This document shows positions 6,968-11,050 of a DNA stretch of 11,050 nt, in pieces (within the stretch, counting starts at the first letter, position 1; each line of letters opens with the position of its first letter). The notes under the pieces were generated by a model that searched no databases, was not told the origin of the DNA, and worked only from the letters and a program-made list of their open reading frames with translations. Origin of the DNA: Paraphysomonas bandaiensis (lineage: Eukaryota > Protista > Chrysophyceae); NCBI GenBank assembly GCA_965644295.1, contig CBFFRP010000509.1, positions 1 through 11,050 of the forward strand. Direction: 5' to 3'. Both the position numbers and the translations under genes were made by a program.

Positions 6968-8839
6968 CTATACAGGGGGTGAAATCCCCCTCTCCTCTCT
7001 CTTTTTTTTTACGGCTTTAGCCATGTCGAGTCCGTGTTTGGTTTTCGCCCGGTTTCTTCCTATGCTGAAGGATTTGTCCCATGTCAGTGCTGCATTTAGT
7101 ACTCTTTGGCGCAGGTGGGAGCTCACTTTGTCCTTTGATGGTCCACCATCTGCTTGCGCCAGTTTGCGCGGAAGTAGTGCTCCGCTGTCTTTCCAGTATC
7201 CAGGAGCCCGGTCGGGATTGTGACCGTAGCGTTGGTCTCGGAGAGCTGTATATGCCTCCAGCGTCCGTTGATTACGGAGGGATTGGAAATCCGTGAGCAG
7301 GGGGCTAGTGCGATACGGCCGTCGTTCCCCAGTTAGGCGCCAGTGCCATAAACCCTCGGTGAGTATTCTCTCGATGGCTTGGTCCACTTCCATGTTACAG
7401 ACAGTGTAGTTTTGTCGTCCGAGTAGTCGATCTACCTCAAGCCAGTCCCCTCCTGCTACTGCGTCGGCAATGTAAATTCCTTTGTCTTCATATGTCCATT
7501 CAGACTCATCAGAGGTGCGTCGTTCGGGGTGTGATCGGACCCAGGCTACTGTCCTTGTGCAATCGTTATTTGCTGCAATGCTTTCGAGCAGTACACCTTT
7601 GGCACGATGCCCCAGTGCCCGACGTCTGGCGGAGAGTGCTTCGTGTGTGCGTATGCAGACGGCCTTACAGTCCGTATTTATCGGTATGTGTGATGGGAGT
7701 CGCGCAGACAGTATAAGCGCCATTGCTGCTCCCATGAGCTCGTATGCATACGGGCCAAGTCCAGGCACGTCGCTGAAGGGTGTCTCTAATCGCAGTATTT
7801 TTGTTGTACCGTTCTTCCATTCATCCTCCGGGGGGAGCCAGACTGCCGCCGCTCCTCCATAATGTGCCCATCTTGTACGTGGGTTTACATGCGTAATGCG
7901 GCGCGGGGATAGGGCTGTAGGCGTGTATGAGCCGTCGGTGAAGATTGCCTGATATGTATCCGCGGTTACATTATCCAGTTCTAATGTGCGGATAATGTTG
8001 GTCAGGGTGTTGGTATCTTGAGGTTCCGGACTGTCGGGTTGTTGGAGAGTAAGGCCAACCTCCGTACCCCATTCCCGCAGACTTAAGGCAAAGTGGTGGT
8101 AGTTTGGGTACGGCGCGATAGTCTGTGTTAGGAGAAAGTGCGCTGCGTCACCGGCATCACCGCCTAGGATTATGGCGCGCTGTAGGGAGCCCCATTTTTG
8201 TTCTTGAGCGGAGTCTGAGAAGCGTTTCATTCCAAGTCCATTATGCCTGAGAGAGAGGTAGATCATTTCCGTGGGGTAACCAGGACTCAGGCTTAGTGCT
8301 TTCCTGTAAAGGTTTGCGCACGTTGAATCGATGTTCTTGTAATATTGCAGGGGCCAAGAAGCCTTGGTGGCCTTGTAAAGTAGAGTGGGTATGATTTGGG
8401 TCTCTATAACCATGACTTTGCAACCCGCTGAGGCGTGCCTGATCCCAAGGTGTGTGCCCGCTGCCTTTAGGTAGTTTGTACACCAATTGTATGAGTCCGT
8501 GTCTGTAGGTGTTAGTGGTAGATCCGCCCCCAAATAGTGTATCGATTCATGAGTCGTTTGTATTGGTACAGGTTGGGGTCTCCAATACCAGTCATATAAG
8601 GTAATGTGTCCGGTTTGTTTGACCTGGGCTAGATTTTCCCGTAGGTGAGGGAAAAAAGTGCAGATAACCTTAGGTACCGAGAGTTCCATTCCCGAGAAGC
8701 TGCAGAACGCCGACATTCGTATCGCCGTTTCCTGGGCTTGAGTGATAGACACATCTATGGTGGTGATGTCATCCGCGAAGGAGACTTTTTCTTTGAGTTC
8801 GGGGTCAGTAGGAGTGGTGATGGTGTAAGACAGATTGCT
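6968..8839 (-). CDS. LINE polyprotein segment 3: RT catalytic FADD and thumb plus RNase H
   Basis: The frame is open from 8839: ...KVSFADDITTIDVSITQ (FADD at 8779-8768). It has KV, HYLG and GLG, then RNase H motifs IFTDGSY, YELMG, NTDCK, WVRSH and IADAVA. The last ~13 aa (KKKREERGISPPV*) are read through the A tract into the viral terminus. Confidence 0.9.
   Translation of the reverse strand, partial: SNLSYTITTPTDPELKEKVSFADDITTIDVSITQAQETAIRMSAFCSFSGMELSVPKVICTFFPHLRENLAQVKQTGHITLYDWYWRPQPVPIQTTHESIHYLGADLPLTPTDTDSYNWCTNYLKAAGTHLGIRHASAGCKVMVIETQIIPTLLYKATKASWPLQYYKNIDSTCANLYRKALSLSPGYPTEMIYLSLRHNGLGMKRFSDSAQEQKWGSLQRAIILGGDAGDAAHFLLTQTIAPYPNYHHFALSLREWGTEVGLTLQQPDSPEPQDTNTLTNIIRTLELDNVTADTYQAIFTDGSYTPTALSPRRITHVNPRTRWAHYGGAAAVWLPPEDEWKNGTTKILRLETPFSDVPGLGPYAYELMGAAMALILSARLPSHIPINTDCKAVCIRTHEALSARRRALGHRAKGVLLESIAANNDCTRTVAWVRSHPERRTSDESEWTYEDKGIYIADAVAGGDWLEVDRLLGRQNYTVCNMEVDQAIERILTEGLWHWRLTGERRPYRTSPLLTDFQSLRNQRTLEAYTALRDQRYGHNPDRAPGYWKDSGALLPRKLAQADGGPSKDKVSSHLRQRVLNAALTWDKSFSIGRNRAKTKHGLDMAKAVKKKREERGISPPV
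6974..7002. other. Putative viral right terminus: AGGGGG-TGAAAT-CCCCCT hairpin followed by CTCCTCTCTCT
   Basis: A 6-bp stem at 6974-6991, then a CT run ending at 7002, then the T tract and the composition break. Confidence 0.55.
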
Positions 8840-9612
8840 CTAAGATCTAGGTCTAACCATGTAAGAAGGATATCGTGTAGCGCCACCCAGGCACAAGTGG
8901 ATTCGGTTCCCCCCTGTGTGATTCCTCTCACGGCCTCAAATCCGAGTACGAACTGTGCAAGGAAGTGTCCGTCGGTAGCTAGAAGTTCTGCCAACGAGCG
9001 TGGCTCCATGTTGTTCGCCATGAACGGCGTCCATGGGAATGTGAGACCCCCAGCGTCTAATTCTCCAAACCATTCAACCACAGCATCGGGGACACCTAGC
9101 CGAGCCCATGCAAGTTTCATTAGATTAGGTGTTATGGAGTCGAATGCTTTTTTGAAGTCCCAGAGCGTGCAGATGTGTTGGGCATTGTGACGTCTGGCTG
9201 CCTCTGAGGCCGCTAGAACCCTTAAAATGGCCGTGTCTGTGCCATTTCTCCAGCGATATCCATGTTGGGACGGGTGTAGGATCTGCTGTTCCTCCCAGAC
9301 TGTGAGTATCCTGTGGGAGATTATTCTTGTCAGAATTTTCCGTGATATTTCGAGCAGACCGATCGGTCGAAGGTTGGAAAAAGAGGGTTCTCCTGGTTTC
9401 TTGAGTATGGGGGTCATTACTCTGTCTCTCCACCAAGTAGGCACGTGTTTGTGCTTCCAGAGCGACTTGATAAGGGTGAATGCTTCCTGTTGTATGGCTG
9501 GAGGCCAGGATTTGACCATGTTGGATGAGACCATGGAGGGTCCGGGAGCCCGGTTGAAGGATATGGAATGTAGGGTGGAGTAGAATTCTTCGTGCGTGAT
9601 GTCCTTCTCTAA
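8755..9612 (-). CDS. LINE polyprotein segment 2: reverse transcriptase N-terminal/palm motifs
   Basis: DITHEEF..RAPGPS, WW...MTPILKKPG, LRPIGLLEISRKIL, QHGYR, WDFKKAFDSI, GVP and RGITQGGTES. The frame shifts between ~8842 and 8782, so the last ~25 aa of the track's ORF may be out of frame. Confidence 0.92.
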   Translation of the reverse strand, partial: LEKDITHEEFYSTLHSISFNRAPGPSMVSSNMVKSWPPAIQQEAFTLIKSLWKHKHVPTWWRDRVMTPILKKPGEPSFSNLRPIGLLEISRKILTRIISHRILTVWEEQQILHPSQHGYRWRNGTDTAILRVLAASEAARRHNAQHICTLWDFKKAFDSITPNLMKLAWARLGVPDAVVEWFGELDAGGLTFPWTPFMANNMEPRSLAELLATDGHFLAQFVLGFEAVRGITQGGTESTCAWVALHDILLTWLDLDLRAICLTPSPLLLTPNSKKKSPSRMTSPP

Positions 9613-11048
9613 AAAGCCTTTCCGAGTAGGTCCGCCATTTCTGGTTTAACTTTAGTGCATAGTGCACGTCGTAGTCCGTGTTGTAGGGTAAGGGGTATGT
9701 GCGAGCACGGATGGAGGGGCTCCTGGGAAGTCACCGATTGAGGGTCAAGGAGGGTTTTCCACCAGTTGGGGTCGTCCTGTAGTCTTTGTGCGACTGGGTC
9801 CAGTCCTGCAGGTTCCGCGTGGTGGTCTCGAAAGTGTTTGTTGATTCCTTCGTGGATGTCTTGCGGGGTAGTGAGAAGTGTCCCGTCAGTAGTTCTCACT
9901 GTCGTTAGTCGAAGTGGCGTTTTGATTTTGAGTCCTATCTTCTGCAGTACTGCTTGTAGTCTTCTCTGTTCTAGTAATGCTTCCATTTGGTTTGTACGGT
10001 CTGTGAGCCTCTTGCGCATCTCCGTCCTGTCTCGTCCGTGCAAGAGTCCTCGCATTCGAATCACAATGTGTAGAAGGTTCTTCTTGGTGACTTGTTTGGC
10101 AGTCCAGCTCAGAATGGCTCTGGGGTCTGCTGATCGGTAATCATTCCTGAAGTTGATGTCGGCTATTCCTTTCGCAGGTCCCGTGGAGTTTTGGAGGTAC
10201 GAGTTCCCGCGCTCCTGCCAGGCGGTGATGAGCGCGTGGATCGGAGTGCGTAATGGGGATCCACGCCATCCGTGTCTTTTATATCCAGCTGAGTTAAACA
10301 TTTTCTGAACTATCTTTATTACCATAACCATCCCTTCTTGAATTACCCTCATTTCCGGGGAGAAACCATCTTTAAAATGTGAACGAATTCGCTGACACCG
10401 GTCATGGAGCCTCGTGCGACGGCTGTAGCGGGGACCCTTTGCTGTAAGCGTTGCCTGCAAGGTGATGTGATGTATCGCCGCTAGTCGGGTGGCTGCAGTC
10501 TCTGGGTCTAGTGTTGGGCTGAGGTTCGTGTCTATAGGGGGCAGTTGGGCGTGTAGCATGAGAAGTTTGGCAGTGTACGCTTTTACCTCCTCAGGATCCC
10601 TTGGGTTGATGTTTAGGCGAGGAGGTATTTTTAAGTGTGACTCTGGGGAAGAGATATCTTGTGTTACAGTAATATTGAATCCAACCCAAACCGGCCTATG
10701 GTCAAACGCTGCTGCAATTAAGGTGGGGGAATTGAGGCATCCGGTGTCAGTGATTCGCATATGCTGTGGAAGTGGCGTATGTAGTATGTGATCGATACGC
10801 GAGATTCCCTTGTCCAATCTGTGGAATGTGTGAAAAGCTTGCCGTTGGAGTAATTGTGTGATTAGTGGCGCCGACAGCTGGAGTTTACCGGCTAGTGGGC
10901 GTATATCTCTATTCGTGGTGTGCGTTTCCATGGATCCGTTAAAGTCGCCTGCAATGATTACCGTGTGACCTCTGGCCCGGGCCTTGGTAACCCATTTAGT
11001 GATGATGTTGCAGAGGAGATCATATGGGGCAACCGGTTTAGTGTTGCG
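9609..11048 (-). CDS. LINE polyprotein segment 1: APE (exo/endo/phosphatase) endonuclease C-terminal half plus linker; open to the window edge
   Basis: The frame is open upstream of the track's Met: ...GHTVIIAGDFNGSMET (GDFN at 10949-10938). It continues through HTF, SRIDHI and FDHRPV. The TAG at 9611-9609 is caused by a frameshift in a T5 run. Confidence 0.9.
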   Translation of the reverse strand, partial: RNTKPVAPYDLLCNIITKWVTKARARGHTVIIAGDFNGSMETHTTNRDIRPLAGKLQLSAPLITQLLQRQAFHTFHRLDKGISRIDHILHTPLPQHMRITDTGCLNSPTLIAAAFDHRPVWVGFNITVTQDISSPESHLKIPPRLNINPRDPEEVKAYTAKLLMLHAQLPPIDTNLSPTLDPETAATRLAAIHHITLQATLTAKGPRYSRRTRLHDRCQRIRSHFKDGFSPEMRVIQEGMVMVIKIVQKMFNSAGYKRHGWRGSPLRTPIHALITAWQERGNSYLQNSTGPAKGIADINFRNDYRSADPRAILSWTAKQVTKKNLLHIVIRMRGLLHGRDRTEMRKRLTDRTNQMEALLEQRRLQAVLQKIGLKIKTPLRLTTVRTTDGTLLTTPQDIHEGINKHFRDHHAEPAGLDPVAQRLQDDPNWWKTLLDPQSVTSQEPLHPCSHIPLTLQHGLRRALCTKVKPEMADLLGKAF

Positions 11049-11050
11049 GG

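Larger units (their letters stand above)
281..7002 (-). mobile_element. Endogenous Polinton-like virus / virophage-like element (right-hand portion; left boundary not resolved)
   Basis: AT-rich, densely packed co-oriented genes with no introns seen: MCP-like, penton-like and SF3 helicase genes. Most genes share an upstream motif. The non-coding terminal region ends in CTCCTCTCTCT (5'-AGAGAG on the minus strand, like Polinton 5'-AG...CT-3' termini), followed by an abrupt switch to GC-richer DNA at ~7010. Confidence 0.85.
7003..11050 (-). mobile_element. Non-LTR retrotransposon (LINE-type, APE-RT-RNase H); the 5' part lies outside the window and the 3' end appears truncated
   Basis: Ordered APE, RT and RNase H motifs run across three frame segments. 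The DNA is markedly GC-richer than the left part. Confidence 0.93.

Noticed and set aside
6741-6968. 75-aa minus-strand ORF following the LINE stop
   Set aside because: It has a non-ATG start, is translated from subterminal repeats and lacks the shared upstream motif.
8755-9612. RT as a retron, DGR or group II intron of a bacteriophage
   Set aside because: The upstream APE domain and downstream RNase H define a eukaryotic non-LTR element. No template/variable repeat pair or intron structure was seen.
9605-9620. Programmed -1 frameshift at T TTT TAG
   Set aside because: It falls inside the APE-RT polyprotein, which is normally continuous. It is a homopolymer, and several other single-base indels occur in the window, so error or mutation is more parsimonious.
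7023-10791. Numerous + strand ORFs and the alternative-frame minus ORFs 8241..8486 and 9125..9667
   Set aside because: They overlap the motif-bearing LINE polyprotein and are expected by chance in GC-richer coding DNA.

Overview
The window joins two eukaryotic mobile elements, both coded on the minus strand, with a sharp composition break at about 7002-7010. The AT-rich left part (~281-7002) looks like the right-hand portion of an endogenous Polinton-like virus (PLV) or virophage-like element. It carries an SF3/D5-type helicase with no primase domain, a double-jelly-roll-type major capsid gene (true extent 2706-4059, broken by 3-4 single-base indels), a His/Lys-rich basic protein, a minor capsid (penton)-like gene and several small ORFs, most preceded by a shared AT-rich upstream motif. 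It ends in a ~500 bp non-coding terminal region with a hairpin and ...CTCTCT. The GC-richer right part (7003-11050) is a non-LTR retrotransposon polyprotein (APE endonuclease, RT, RNase H) with two frameshifts. It stops at an A9 tract abutting the putative viral terminus, so its stop codon lies in viral DNA. No integrase, packaging ATPase, protease or pPolB is visible in the window. All family assignments come from motif recognition by eye, not from database searches.
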